Assembly: GCA_964016885.1 (NCBI GenBank)
Contig: OZ024742.1
Span: forward strand, 105,462,001 to 105,526,000
Length of the DNA: 64,000 nt
From: Eledone cirrhosa
Taxonomy: Eukaryota
Direction of reading: 5' to 3'
A model generated the notes under the pieces. It worked only from the letters and a program-made list of their open reading frames with translations. It was not told the origin of the DNA and made no database searches. This document shows positions 13,350-28,500 of the stretch, in pieces. A program made the position numbers and the translations under genes. Each line of letters starts with the position of its first letter. Position 1 is the first letter of the stretch.

Positions 13350-13599
13350 GCAATCACATTTAAGCTCACTCTTTAAGATATAGAAGATAGCCATTACATT
13401 TTAATGATTTTAATTTAAAGAGAATCATGCTATACGATGCAACACAATAACACACCACACCACACTAACCTACACTACACCAAACCAGATTATACCATAA
13501 ATTGGTAAATTTATGATAGGTTTCCATGTTATAACTACACCAAACTAAACCATACCAAACTACACCAAACCAAACCACACAATTAACAAACTACACCAA

Positions 13600-16500
13600 A
13601 CTACATCACACCATGCTATTGAACTCAGTGTGAAAAATTTTCTTCCTGCTTTTTTGTCTTTTTTTGTGTGTGTGCTTAACACCCAATCTGATATTAAAAG
13701 TGTTCGCAACTAACTATTTTTTGCACATATTATCAATGAAGACTTTGAAACCTGTTGAAAATGACTAGCTTTGTAGAAAAAAGAGGGCGGAAAGTGGGTG
13801 GAAATACCATTCACAAAGCTTGTCATTTTTGATTGCAATGAAAGTCATATTTGTTGTTAATATGGTAATGGAGGCACATGGCTTAGTGGTTAGAGCATTG
13901 GCCTTGCAATCGAAAGGTTGTGAGTTCAATTCTCAGACTAGGTGGTGTGTTGTTTCCTTGAGCAAGACACTTTATTTCACATTGCTCCAGTTTACTCAGC
14001 TGTAGAAATGAGATGATAGGGACCCCAGTCCCTATCATTCCACTGCAAAGTGGTCGTGTAGGTGCCACGGCAAAAACCACCCAGCACTCACTGTAAATGA
14101 GGTTGGTGTTAGGAAGGGCATCCAGCTGTAGAAATCAAGCCAGAATCAGTTCCCGTCCCATCTTGCTAGCAGGGAAAAGTGGACATAAAATGATGATGAT
14201 GATGGTAAAAGCATAGTCGGCTGTGAGCATGTTGGAGGTTGGAAAACCATACCACATTAAACTACATCAAACTACAACATACCAAACTACACCATACTAC
14301 ATCACACCATGCTATTAATCTCAGTGAGAACATTTTTCTTCCCGTTTTTTTTTTTTCTGTGTGTGTGTGTGTGTGTGCTTACCACCCAATCTGATATCAA
14401 AGGTGCTCATAAATGACTATTTTTTTACACATTATCAATGTATATAACATGGAAACCTATCGTTTGCAATAGGTTCCCATGTCATAACTACAACAATCCA
14501 AACCACACCATAACAAACTACACCATTCTACATCACACCATGCTTTTGATCTCAGTGTGAAACATTTTCTTCCTGTTTCTTTTTTTTTTGTGTGTGTGTT
14601 CTTACCACCCAATCTGACATCAAAGGTGCTGCAATTGATTATTTTTCGCACATATTATCAATAATTATGACATGGAAAACTGTCGAAAATGACTAGCTTT
14701 GTAGAAAAAAGAGGGAGGATGTGGGTGGAAATACCATTTACAAAGCTAGTCATTTTTTGTTAATATGCTAAAAGCATAGTCCACTGCGAGCATCTTGGAA
14801 GTTGTATTAGTTGATAGCACATGCAAAAGTGAAGGAAAAATTTTTTTTATTACATAAATCAAAGTATAAATTTAATTCCTTACTTATAACAAAGCACACC
14901 ACACCACATTAATCTACCCCAAACCACACCATATCAAACAGCACCATATTATGGTAAATTTATTACAGAACACCCACTCCTATCATTTACATCACACCAT
15001 GGTATGGACATCAATGTGACAAATTTGCTACCTGCTTTTTTATTTTTTTTGTGGTTACCACCCAAACTAACATCAAAGGTGCTTGCAAATGACTATTTTC
15101 CCACATTATCAATGAATATGACATGGGAATCTATCGTTTAGAATTGGTTTCCATTTCATAACTTCACCAAACCAAACCACACAATACCAAGTTACACCAT
15201 ACTACATCGCACCAAGCTATTGATCTTGGTGTGAAACATTTTTTTCCCGTTTCCTTTTTTTTTTCTGTGTGCTTACCACCCAATCTGACATTAAAGGTGC
15301 TCCCAATTGACTATTTTTTTCCCACTTATCAATAATTATGACATGGTAACCTGTTGAAAATGACTATCTTTGTAGAAACTTCACCAAACCACACCATACT
15401 ACATCACACCAAGCTATTAATCTCAGTGAGAACATTTTTCTTCCCGTTTTTTTTTTTTTCTGTGTGTGTGTGTGTGCTTACCACCCAATCTGATATCAAA
15501 GGTGCTCACAAATGACTATTTTTTTACACATTATCAATGTATATAACATGGAAACCTATCATTTGCAATAGGTTCCCATGTCATAACTACAACAATCCAA
15601 ACCACACCATAACAAACTACACCATTCTACATCACACCATGCTTTTGATCTCAGTGTGAAAAATTTTCTTCCTGTTTCTTTTTTTTTTTGTGTGTGTGTT
15701 CTTACCACCCAATCTGACATCAAAGGTGCTGCAATTGATTATTTTTCGCACATATTATCAATAATTATGACATGGAAAACTGTCGAAAATGACTAGCTTT
15801 GTAGAAAAAGAGGGAGGATGTGGGTGGAAATACCATTTACAAAGCTAGTCATTTTTTGTTAATATGCTAAAAGCATAGTCCACTGCGAGCATCTTGGAAG
15901 TTGTATTAGTTGATAGCACATGCAAAAGTGAAGGAAAAATTTTTTTTCTTACATAAATCAAAGTGTAAATTTAATTCCTTACTTATAACAAAGCACACCA
16001 CACCACATTAATCTACCCCAAACAGCACCATATTATGGTAAATTTATTACAGAACACCCACTCCTATCATTTACATCACACCATGGTATGGACATCAATG
16101 TGACAAATTTGCTACCTGCTTTTTTATTTTTTTTGTGGTTACCACCCAAACTAACATCAAAGGTGCTTGCAAATGACTATTTTCCCACATTATCAATGAA
16201 TATGACATGGGAATCTATCGTTTAGAATTGGTTTCCATTTCATAACTTCACCAAACCAAACCACACAATACCAAGTTACACAATACTACATCGCACCAAG
16301 CTATTGATCTTGGTGTGAAACATTTTTTTCCCGTTTCCTTTTTTTTTTCTGTGTGCTTACCACCCAATCTGACATTAAAGGTGCTCCCAATTGACTATTT
16401 TTTTCCCACTTATCAATAATTATGACATGGTAACCTGTTGAAAATGACTATCTTTGTAGAAACTTCACCAAACCACACCATACTACATCACACCAAGCTA

Positions 16501-19500
16501 TTAATCTCAGTGAGAACATTTTTCTTCCCGTTTTTTTTTTTTTCTGTGTGTGTGTGTGTGTGTGTGCTTACCACCCAATCTGATATCAAAGGTGCTCACA
16601 AATGACTATTTTTTTACACATTATCAATGTATATAACATGGAAACCTATCATTTGCAATAGGTTCCCATGTCATAACTACAACAATCCAAACCACACCAT
16701 AACAAACTACACCATTCTACATCACACCATGCTTTTGATCTCAGTGTGAAAAATTTTCTTCCTGTTTCTTTTTTTTTTGTGTGTGTGTTCTTACCACCCA
16801 ATCTGACATCAAAGGTGCTGCAATTGATTATTTTTCGCACATATTATCAATAATTATGACATGGAAAACTGTCGAAAATGACTAGCTTTGTAGAAAAAAG
16901 AGGGAGGATGTGGGTGGAAATACCATTTACAAAGCTAGTCATTTTTTGTTAATATGCTAAAAGCATAGTCCACTGCGAGCATCTTGGAAGTTGTATTAGT
17001 TGATAGCACATGCAAAAGTGAAGGAAAAATTTTTTTTATTACATAAATCAAAGTATAAATTTAATTCCTTACTTATAACAAAGCACACCACACCACATTA
17101 ATGTACCCCAAACCACACCATATCAAACAGCACCATATTATGGTAAATTTATTACAGAACACCCACTCCTATCATTTACATCACACCATGGTATGGACAT
17201 CAATGTGACAAATTTGCTACCTGCTTTTTTATTTTTTTTGTGGTTACCACCCAAACTAACATCAAAGGTGCTTGCAAATGACTATTTTCCCACATTATCA
17301 ATGAATATGACATGGGAATCTATCGTTTAGAATTGGTTTCCATTTCATAACTTCACCAAACCAAACCACACAATACCAAGTTACACCATACTACATCGCA
17401 CGAAGCTATTGATCTTGGTGTGAAACATTTTTTTCCCGTTTCCTTTTTTTTTTCTGTGTGCTTACCACCCAATCTGACATTAAAGGTGCTCCCAATTGAC
17501 TATTTTTTTCCCACTTATCAATAATTATGACAGGGTAACCTGTCGAAAATGACTATCTTTGTAGAAACTTCACCAAACCACACCATACTACATCACACCA
17601 AGCTATTAATCTCAGTGAGAACATTTTTCTTCCCGTTTTTTTTTTTTCTGTGTGTGTGTGTGTGCTTACCACCCAATCTGATATCAAAGGTGCTCACAAA
17701 TGACTATTTTTTTACACATTAGCAATGTATATAACATGGAAACCTATCATTTGCAATAGGTTCCCATGTCATAACTACAACAATCCAAACCACACCATAA
17801 CAAACTACACCATTCTACATCACACCATGCTTTTGATCTCAGTGTGAAACATTTTCTTCCTGTCTCTTTTTTTTTTGTGTGTGTGTTCTTACCACCCAAT
17901 CTGACATCAAAGGTGCTGCAATTGATTATTTTTCGCACATATTATCAATAATTATGACATGGAAAACTGTCGAAAATGACTAGCTTTGTAGAAAAAAGAG
18001 GGAGGATGTGGGTGGAAATACCATTTACAAAGCTAGTCATTTTTTGTTAATATGCTAAAAGCATAGTCCACTGCGAGCATCTTGGAAGTTGTATTAGTTG
18101 ATAGCACATGCAAAAGTGAAGGAAAAATTTTTTTTCTTACATAAATCAAAGTGTAAATTTAATTCCTTACTTATAACAAAGCACACCACACCACATTAAT
18201 CTACCCCAAACCACACCATATCAAACAGCTCCATATTATGGTAAATTTATTACAGAACACCCACTCCTATCATTTACATCACACCATGGTATGGACATCA
18301 ATGTGACAAATTTGCTACCTGCTTTTTTATTTTTTTTGTGGTTACCACCCAAACTAACATCAAAGGTGCTTGCAAATGACTATTTTCCCACATTTTCAAT
18401 GAATATGACATGGGAATCTATCGTTTAGAATTGGTTTCCATTTCATAACTTCACCAAACCAAACCACACAATACCAAGTTACACCATACTACATCGCACC
18501 AAGCTATTGATCTTGGTGTGAAACATTTTTTTCCCCGTTTCCTTTTTTTTTTCTGTGTGCTTACCACCCAATCTGACATTAAAGGTGCTCCCAATTGACT
18601 ATTTTTTTCCCACTTATCAATAATTATGACAGGGTAACCTGTCGAAAATGACTATCTTTGTAGAAACTTCACCAAACCACACCATACTACATCACACCAA
18701 GCTATTAATCTCAGTGAGAACATTTTTCTTCCCGTTTTTTTTTTTTTCTGTGTGTGTGTGTGTGTGTGTGCTTACCACCCAATCTGATATCAAAGGTGCT
18801 CACAAATGACTATTTTTTTACACATTATCAATGTATATAACATGGAAACCTATCATTTGCAATAGGTTCCCATGTCATAACTACAACAATCCAAACCACA
18901 CCATAACAAACTACACCATTCTACATCACACCATGCTTTTGATCTCAGTGTGAAACATTTTCTTCCTGTTTCTTTTTTTTTTGTGTGTGTGTTCTTACCA
19001 CCCAATCTGACATCAAAGGTGCTGCAATTGATTATTTTTCGCACATATTATCAATAATTATGACATGGAAAACTGTCGAAAATGACTAGCTTTGTAGAAA
19101 AAAGAGGGAGGATGTGGGTGGAAATACCATTTACAAAGCTAGTCATTTTTTGTTAATATGCTAAAAGCATAGTCCACTGCGAGCATCTTGGAAGTTGTAT
19201 TAGTTGATAGCACATGCAAAAGTGAAGGAAAAATTTTTTTTCTTACATAAATCAAAGTATAAATTTAATTCCTTACTTATAACAAAGCACACCACACCAC
19301 ATTAATCTACCCCAAACCACACCATATCAAACAGCTCCATATTATGGTAAATTTATTACAGAACACCCACTCCTATCATTTACATCACACCATGGTATGG
19401 ACATCAATGTGACAAATTTGCTACCTGCTTTTTTATTTTTTTTGTGGTTACCACCCAAACTAACATCAAAGGTGCTTGCAAATGACTATTTTCCCACATT

Positions 19501-22500
19501 TTCAATGAATATGACATGGGAATCTATCGTTTAGAATTGGTTTCCATTTCATAACTTCACCAAACCAAACCACACAATACCAAGTTACACCATACTACAT
19601 CGCACCAAGCTATTGATCTTGGTGTGAAACATTTTTTTCCCGTTTCCTTTTTTTTTTCTGTGTGCTTACCACCCAATCTGACATTAAAGGTGCTCCCAAT
19701 TGACTATTTTTTTCCCACTTATCAATAATTATGACAGGGTAACCTGTCGAAAATGACTATCTTTGTAGAAACTTCACCAAACCACACCATACTACATCAC
19801 ACCAAGCTATTAATCTCGGTGAGAACATTTTTCTTCCCGTTTTTTTTTTTTTCTGTGTGTGTGTGTGTGTGTGCTTACCACCCAATCTGATATCAAAGGT
19901 GCTCACAAATGACTATTTTTTTACACATTATCAATGTATATAACATGGAAACCTATCATTTGCAATAGGTTCCCATGTCATAACTACAACAATCCAAACC
20001 ACACCATAACAAACTACACCATTCTACATCACACCATGCTTTTGATCTCAGTGTGAAACATTTTCTTCCTGTTTCTTTTTTTTTTGTGTGTGTGTTCTTA
20101 CCACCCAATCAAGGTGCTGCAATTGATTATTTTTCGCACATATTATCAATAATTATGACATGGAAAACTGTCGAAAATGACTAGCTTTGTAGAAAAAAGA
20201 GGGAGGATGTGGGTGGAAATACCATTTACAAAGCTAGTCATTTTTTGTTAATATGCTAAAAGCATAGTCCACTGCGAGCATCTTGGAAGTTGTATTAGTT
20301 GATAGCACATGCAAAAGTGAAGGAAAAATTTTTTTTCTTACATAAATCAAAGTGTAAATTTAATTCCTTACTTATAACAAAGCACACCACACCACATTAA
20401 TCTACCCCAAACCACACCATATCAAACAGCTCCATATTATGGTAAATTTATTACAGAACACCCACTCCTATCATTTACATCACACCATGGTATGGACATC
20501 AATGTGACAAATTTGCTACCTGCTTTTTTATTTTTTTTGTGGTTACCACCCAAACTAACATCAAAGGTGCTTGCAAATGACTATTTTCCCACATTTTCAA
20601 TGAATATGACATGGGAATCTATCGTTTAGAATTGGTTTCCATTTCATAACTTCACCAAACCAAACCACACAATACCAAGTTACACCATACTACATCGCAC
20701 CAAGCTATTGATCTTGGTGTGAAACATTTTTTTCCCCGTTTCCTTTTTTTTTTCTGTGTGCTTACCACCCAATCTGACATTAAAGGTGCTCCCAATTGAC
20801 TATTTTTTTCCCACTTATCAATAATTATGACAGGGTAACCTGTCGAAAATGACTATCTTTGTAGAAACTTCACCAAACCACACCATACTACATCACACCA
20901 AGCTATTAATCTCAGAACATTTTTCTTCCCGTTTTTTTTTTTTTCTGTGTGTGTGTGTGTGTGTGTGCTTACCACCCAATCTGATATCAAAGGTGCTCAC
21001 AAATGACTATTTTTTTACACATTATCAATGTATATAACATGGAAACCTATCATTTGCAATAGGTTCCCATGTCATAACTACAACAATCCAAACCACACCA
21101 TAACAAACTACACCATTCTACATCACACCATGCTTTTGATCTCAGTGTGAAACATTTTCTTCCTGTTTCTTTTTTTTTTGTGTGTGTGTTCTTACCACCC
21201 AATCTGACATCAAAGGTGCTGCAATTGATTATTTTTCGCACATATTATCAATAATTATGACATGGAAAACTGTCGAAAATGACTAGCTTTGTAGAAAAAA
21301 GAGGGAGGATGTGGGTGGAAATACCATTTACAAAGCTAGTCATTTTTTGTTAATATGCTAAAAGCATAGTCCACTGCGAGCATCTTGGAAGTTGTATTAG
21401 TTGATAGCACATGCAAAAGTGAAGGAAAAATTTTTTTTCTTACATAAATCAAAGTATAAATTTAATTCCTTACTTATAACAAAGCACACCACACCACATT
21501 AATCTACCCCAAACCACACCATATCAAACAGCTCCATATTATGGTAAATTTATTACAGAACACCCACTCCTATCATTTACATCACACCATGGTATGGACA
21601 TCAATGTGACAAATTTGCTACCTGCTTTTTTATTTTTTTTGTGGTTACCACCCAAACTAACATCAAAGGTGCTTGCAAATGACTATTTTCCCACATTTTC
21701 AATGAATATGACATGGGAATCTATCGTTTAGAATTGGTTTCCATTTCATAACTTCACCAAACCAAACCACACAATACCAAGTTACACCATACTACATCGC
21801 ACCAAGCTATTGATCTTGGTGTGAAACATTTTTTTCCCGTTTCCTTTTTTTTTTCTGTGTGCTTACCACCCAATCTGACATTAAAGGTGCTCCCAATTGA
21901 CTATTTTTTTCCCACTTATCAATAATTATGACAGGGTAACCTGTCGAAAATGACTATCTTTGTAGAAACTTCACCAAACCACACCATACTACATCACACC
22001 AAGCTATTAATCTCGGTGAGAACATTTTTCTTCCCGTTTTTTTTTTTTTCTGTGTGTGTGTGTGTGTGTGCTTACCACCCAATCTGATATCAAAGGTGCT
22101 CACAAATGACTATTTTTTTACACATTATCAATGTATATAACATGGAAACCTATCATTTGCAATAGGTTCCCATGTCATAACTACAACAATCCAAACCACA
22201 CCATAACAAACTACACCATTCTACATCACACCATGCTTTTGATCTCAGTGTGAAACATTTTCTTCCTGTTTCTTTTTTTTTTGTGTGTGTGTTCTTACCA
22301 CCCAATCTGACATCAAAGGTGCTGCAATTGATTATTTTTCGCACATATTATCAATAATTATGACATGGAAAACTGTCGAAAATGACTAGCTTTGTAGAAA
22401 AAAGAGGGAGGATGTGGGTGGAAATACCATTTACAAAGCTAGTCATTTTTTGTTAATATGCTAAAAGCATAGTCCACTGCGAGCATCTTGGAAGTTGTAT

Positions 22501-25500
22501 TAGTTGATAGCACATGCAAAAGTGAAGGAAAAATTTTTTTTCTTACATAAATCAAAGTATAAATTTAATTCCTTACTTATAACAAAGCACACCACACCAC
22601 ATTAATCTACCCCAAACCACACCATATCAAACAGCTCCATATTATGGTAAATTTATTACAGAACACCCACTCCTATCATTTACATCACACCATGGTATGG
22701 ACATCAATGTGACACATTTGCTACCTGCTTTTTTATTTTTTTTGTGGTTACCACCCAAACTAACATCAAAGGTGCTTGCAAATGACTATTTTCCCACATT
22801 TTCAATGAATATGACATGGGAATCTATCGTTTAGAATTGGTTTCCATTTCATAACTTCACCAAACCAAACCACACAATACCAAGTTACACCATACTACAT
22901 CGCACCAAGCTATTGATCTTGGTGTGAAACATTTTTTTCCCCGTTTCCTTTTTTTTTTCTGTGTGCTTACCACCCAATCTGACATTAAAGGTGCTCCCAA
23001 TTGACTATTTTTTTCCCACTTATCAATAATTATGACAGGGTCACCTGTCGAAAATGACTATCTTTGTAGAAACTTCACCAAACCACACCATACTACATCA
23101 CACCAAGCTATTAATCTCAGTGAGAACATTTTTCTTCCCGTTTTTTTTTTTTTCTGTGTGTGTGTTGTGTGTGCTTACCACCCAATCTGATATCAAAGGT
23201 GCTCACAAATGACTATTTTTTTACACATTATCAATGTATATAACATGGAAACCTATCATTTGCAATAGGTTCCCATGTCATAACTACAACAATCCAAACC
23301 ACACCATAACAAACTACACCATTCTACATCACACCATGCTTTTGATCTCAGTGTGAAACATTTTCTTCTTGTTTCTTTTTTTTTTGTGTGTGTGTTCTTA
23401 CCACCCAATCTGACATCAAAGGTGCTGCAATTGATTATTTTTCGCACATATTATCAATAATTATGACATGGAAAACTGTCGAAAATGACTAGCTTTGTAG
23501 AAAAAAGAGGGAGGATGTGGGTGGAAATACCATTTACAAAGCTAGTCATTTTTTGTTAATATGCTAAAAGCATAGTCCACTGCGAGCATCTTGGAAGTTG
23601 TATTAGTTGATAGCACATGCAAAAGTGAAGGAAAAATTTTTTTTCTTACATAAATCAAAGTGTAAATTTAATTCCCTACTTATAACAAAGCACACCATAC
23701 CACATTAATCTACCCCAAACAGCACCATATTATGGTAAATTTATTACAGAACACCCACTCCTATCATTTACATCACACCATGGTATGGACATCAATGTGA
23801 CAAATTTGCTACCTGCTTTTTTATTTTTTTTGTGGTTACCACCCAAACTAACATCAAAGGTGCTTGCAAATGACTATTTTCCCACATTTTCAATGAATAT
23901 GACATGGGAATCTATCGTTTAGAATTGGTTTCCATTTCATAACTTCACCAAACCAAACCACACAATACCAAGTTACACCATACTACATCGCACCAAGCTA
24001 TTGATCTTGGTGTGAAACATTTTTTTCCCCGTTTCCTTTTTTTTTTCTGTGTGCTTACCACCCAATCTGACATTAAAGGTGCTCCCAATTCACTATTTTT
24101 TTCCCACTTATCAATAATTATGACAGGGTAACCTGTCGAAAATGACTATCTTTGTAGAAACTTCATCAAACCACACCATACTACATCACACCAAGCTATT
24201 AATCTCAGTGAGAACATTTTTCTTCCCGTTTTTTTTTTTTTCTCTGTGTGTGTGTGCTTACCACCCAATCTGATATCAAAGGTGCTCACAAATGACTATT
24301 TTTTTACACATTATCAATGTATATAACATGGAAACCTATCATTTGCAATAGGTTCCCATGTCATAACTACAACAATCCAAACCACACCATAACAAACTAC
24401 ACCATTCTACATCACACCATGCTTTTGATCTCAGTGTGAAACATTTTCTTCCTGTTTCTTTTTTTTTTGTGTGTGTGTTCTTACCACCCAATCTGACATC
24501 AAAGGTGCTGCAATTGATTATTTTTCGCACATATTATCAATAATTATGACATGGAAAACTGTCGAAAATGACTAGCTTTGTAGAAAAAAGAGGGAGGATG
24601 TGGGTGGAAATACCATTTACAAAGCTAGTCATTTTTTGTTAATATGCTAAAAGCATAGTCCACTGCGAGCATCTTGGAAGTTGTATTAGTTGATAGCACA
24701 TGCAAAAGTGAAGGAAAAATTTTTTTTCCTACATAAATCAAAGTATAAATTTAATTCCTTACTTATAACAAAGCACACCACACCACATTAATCTACCCCA
24801 AACCACACCATATCAAACAGCTCCATATTATGGTAAATTTATTACAGAACACCCACTCCTATCATTTACATCACACCATGGTATGGACATCAATGTGACA
24901 AATTTGCTACCTGCTTTCTTATTTTTTTTTGTGGTTACCACCCAAACTAACATCAAAGGTGCTTGCAAATGACTATTTTCCCACATTATCAATGAATATG
25001 ACATGGGAATCTATCGTTTAGAATTGGTTTCCATTTCATAACTTCACCAAACCAAACCACACAATACCAAGTTACACCATACTACATCGCACCAAGCTAT
25101 TGATCTTGGTGTGAAACATTTTTTTCCCCGTTTCCTTTTTTTTTTCTGTGTGCTTACCACCCAATCTGACATTAAAGGTGCTCCCAATTGACTATTTTTT
25201 TCCCACTTATCAATAATTATGACATGGTAACCTGTTGAAAATGACTATCTTTGTAGAAACTTCACCAAACCACACCATACTACATCACACCAAGCTATTA
25301 ATCTCAGTGAGAACATTTTTCTTCCCGTTTTTTTTTTTTTCTGTGTGTGTGTGTGTGTGTGTGTGCTTACCACCCAATCTGATATCAAAGGTGCTCACAA
25401 ATGACTATTTTTTTACACATTATCAATGTATATAACATGGAAACCTATCATTTGCAATAGGTTCCCATGTCATAACTACAACAATCCAAACCACACCATA

Positions 25501-28500
25501 ACAAACTACACCATTCTACATCACACCATGCTTTTGATCTCAGTGTGAAACATTTTCTTCCTGTCTCTTTTTTTTTTGTGTGTGTGTTCTTACCACCCAA
25601 TCTGACATCAAAGGTGCTGCAATTGATTATTTTTCGCACATATTATCAATAATTATGACATGGAAAACTGTCGAAAATGACTAGCTTTGTAGAAAAAAGA
25701 GGGAGGAGGTGGGTGGAAATACCATTTACAAAGCTAGTCATTTTTTGTTAATATGCTAAAAGCATAGTCCACTGCGAGCATCTTGGAAGTTGTATTAGTT
25801 GATAGCACATGCAAAAGTGAAGGAAAAATTTTTTTTCTTACATAAATCAAAGTATAAATTTAATTCCTTACTTATAACAAAGCACACCACACCACATTAA
25901 TCTACCCCAAACCACACCATATCAAACAGCTCCATATTATGGTAAATTTATTACAGAACACCCACTCCTATCATTTACATCACACCATGGTATGGACATC
26001 AATGTGACAAATTTGCTACCTGCTTTTTTATTTTTTTTGTGGTTACCACCCAAACTAACATCAAAGGTGCTTGCAAATGACTATTTTCCCACATTTTCAA
26101 TGAATATGACATGGGAATCTATCGTTTAGAATTGGTTTCCATTTCATAACTTCACCAAACCAAACCACACAATACCAAGTTACACCATACTACATCGCAC
26201 CAAGCTATTGATCTTGGTGTGAAACATTTTTTTCCCGTTTCCTTTTTTTTTTCTGTGTGCTTACCACCCAATCTGACATTAAAGGTGCTCCCAATTCACT
26301 ATTTTTTTCCCACTTATCAATAATTATGACAGGGTAACCTGTCGAAAATGACTATCTTTGTAGAAACTTCACCAAACCACACCATACTACATCACACCAA
26401 GCTATTAATCTCAGTGAGAACATTTTTCTTCCCGTTTTTTTTTTTTTCTCTGTGTGTGTGTGCTTACCACCCAATCTGATATCAAAGGTGCTCACAAATG
26501 ACTATTTTTTTACACATTATCAATGTATATAACATGGAAACCTATCATTTGCAATAGGTTCCCATGTCATAACTACAACAATCCAAACCACACCATAACA
26601 AACTACACCATTCTACATCACACCATGCTTTTGATCTCAGTGTGAAACATTTTCTTCCTGTTTCTTTTTTTTTTGTGTGTGTGTTCTTACCACCCAATCT
26701 GACATCAAAGGTGCTGCAATTGATTATTTTTCGCACATATTATCAATAATTATGACATGGAAAACTGTCGAAAATGACTAGCTTTGTAGAAAAAAGAGGG
26801 AGGATGTGGGTGGAAATACCATTTACAAAGCTAGTCATTTTTTGTTAATATGCTAAAAGCATAGTCCACTGCGAGCATCTTGGAAGTTGTATTAGTTGAT
26901 AGCACATGCAAAAGTGAAGGAAAAATTTTTTTTCCTACATAAATCAAAGTATAAATTTAATTCCTTACTTATAACAAAGCACACCACACCACATTAATCT
27001 ACCCCAAACCACACCATATCAAACAGCTCCATATTATGGTAAATTTATTACAGAACACCCACTCCTATCATTTACATCGCACCATGGTATGGACATCAAT
27101 GTGACAAATTTGCTACCTGCTTTTTTATTTTTTTTGTGGTTACCACCCAAACTAACATCAAAGGTGCTTGCAAATGACTATTTTCCCACATTTTCAATGA
27201 ATATGACATGGGAATCTATCGTTTAGAATTTGTTTCCATTTCATAACTTCACCAAACCAAACCACACAATACCAAGTTACACCATACTACATCGCACCAA
27301 GCTATTGATCTTGGTGTGAAACATTTTTTTCCCGTTTCCTTTTTTTTTTCTGTGTGCTTACCACCCAATCTGACATTAAAGGTGCTCCCAATTGACTATT
27401 TTTTTCCCACTTAACAATAATTATGACAGGGTCACCTGTCGAAAATGACTATCTTTGTAGAAACTTCACCAAACCACACCATACTACATCACACCAAGCT
27501 ATTAATCTCAGTGAGAACATTTTTCTTCCCGTTTTTTTTTTTTCTGTGTGTGTGTGTGTGTGTGCTTACCACCCAATCTGATATCAAAGGTGCTCACAAA
27601 TGACTATTTTTTTACACATTATCAATGTATATAACATGGAAACCTATCATTTGCAATAGGTTCCCATGTCATAACTACAACAATCCAAACCACACCATAA
27701 CAAACTACACCATTCTACATCACACCATGCTTTTGATCTCAGTGTGAAACATTTTCTTCCTGTTTCTTTTTTTTTTGTGTGTGTGTTCTTACCACCCAAT
27801 CTGACATCAAAGGTGCTGCAATTGATTATTTTTCGCACATATTATCAATAATTATGACATGGAAAACTGTCGAAAATGACTAGCTTTGTAGAAAAAAGAG
27901 GGAGGATGTGGGTGGAAATACCATTTACAAAGCTAGTCATTTTTTGTTAATATGCTAAAAGCATAGTCCACTGCGAGCATCTTGGAAGTTGTATTAGTTG
28001 ATAGCACATGCAAAAATGAAGGAAAAATTTTTTTTCTTACATAAATCAAAGTGTAAATTTAATTCCTTACTTATAACAAAGCACACCATACCACATTAAT
28101 CTACCCCAAACAGCACCATATTATGGTAAATTTATTACAGAACACCCACTCCTATCATTTACATCACACCATGGTATGGACATCAATGTGACAAATTTGC
28201 TACCTGCTTTTTTATTTTTTTTTGTGGTTACCACCCAAACTAACATCAAAGGTGCTTGCAAATGACTATTTTCCCACATTATCAATGAATATGACATGGG
28301 AATCTATCGTTTAGAATTGGTTTCCATTTCATAACTTCACCAAACCAAACCACACAATACCAAGTTACACCATACTACATCGCACCAAGCTATTGATCTT
28401 GGTGTGAAACATTTTTTTCCCCGTTTCCTTTTTTTTTTCTGTGTGCTTACCACCCAATCTGACATTAAAGGTGCTCCCAATTGACTATTTTTTTCCCACT

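Noticed and set aside
13869-13940. tRNA gene
   Set aside because: A and B boxes are present but it continues into SINE core and LINE tail with a TSD; no acceptor stem.
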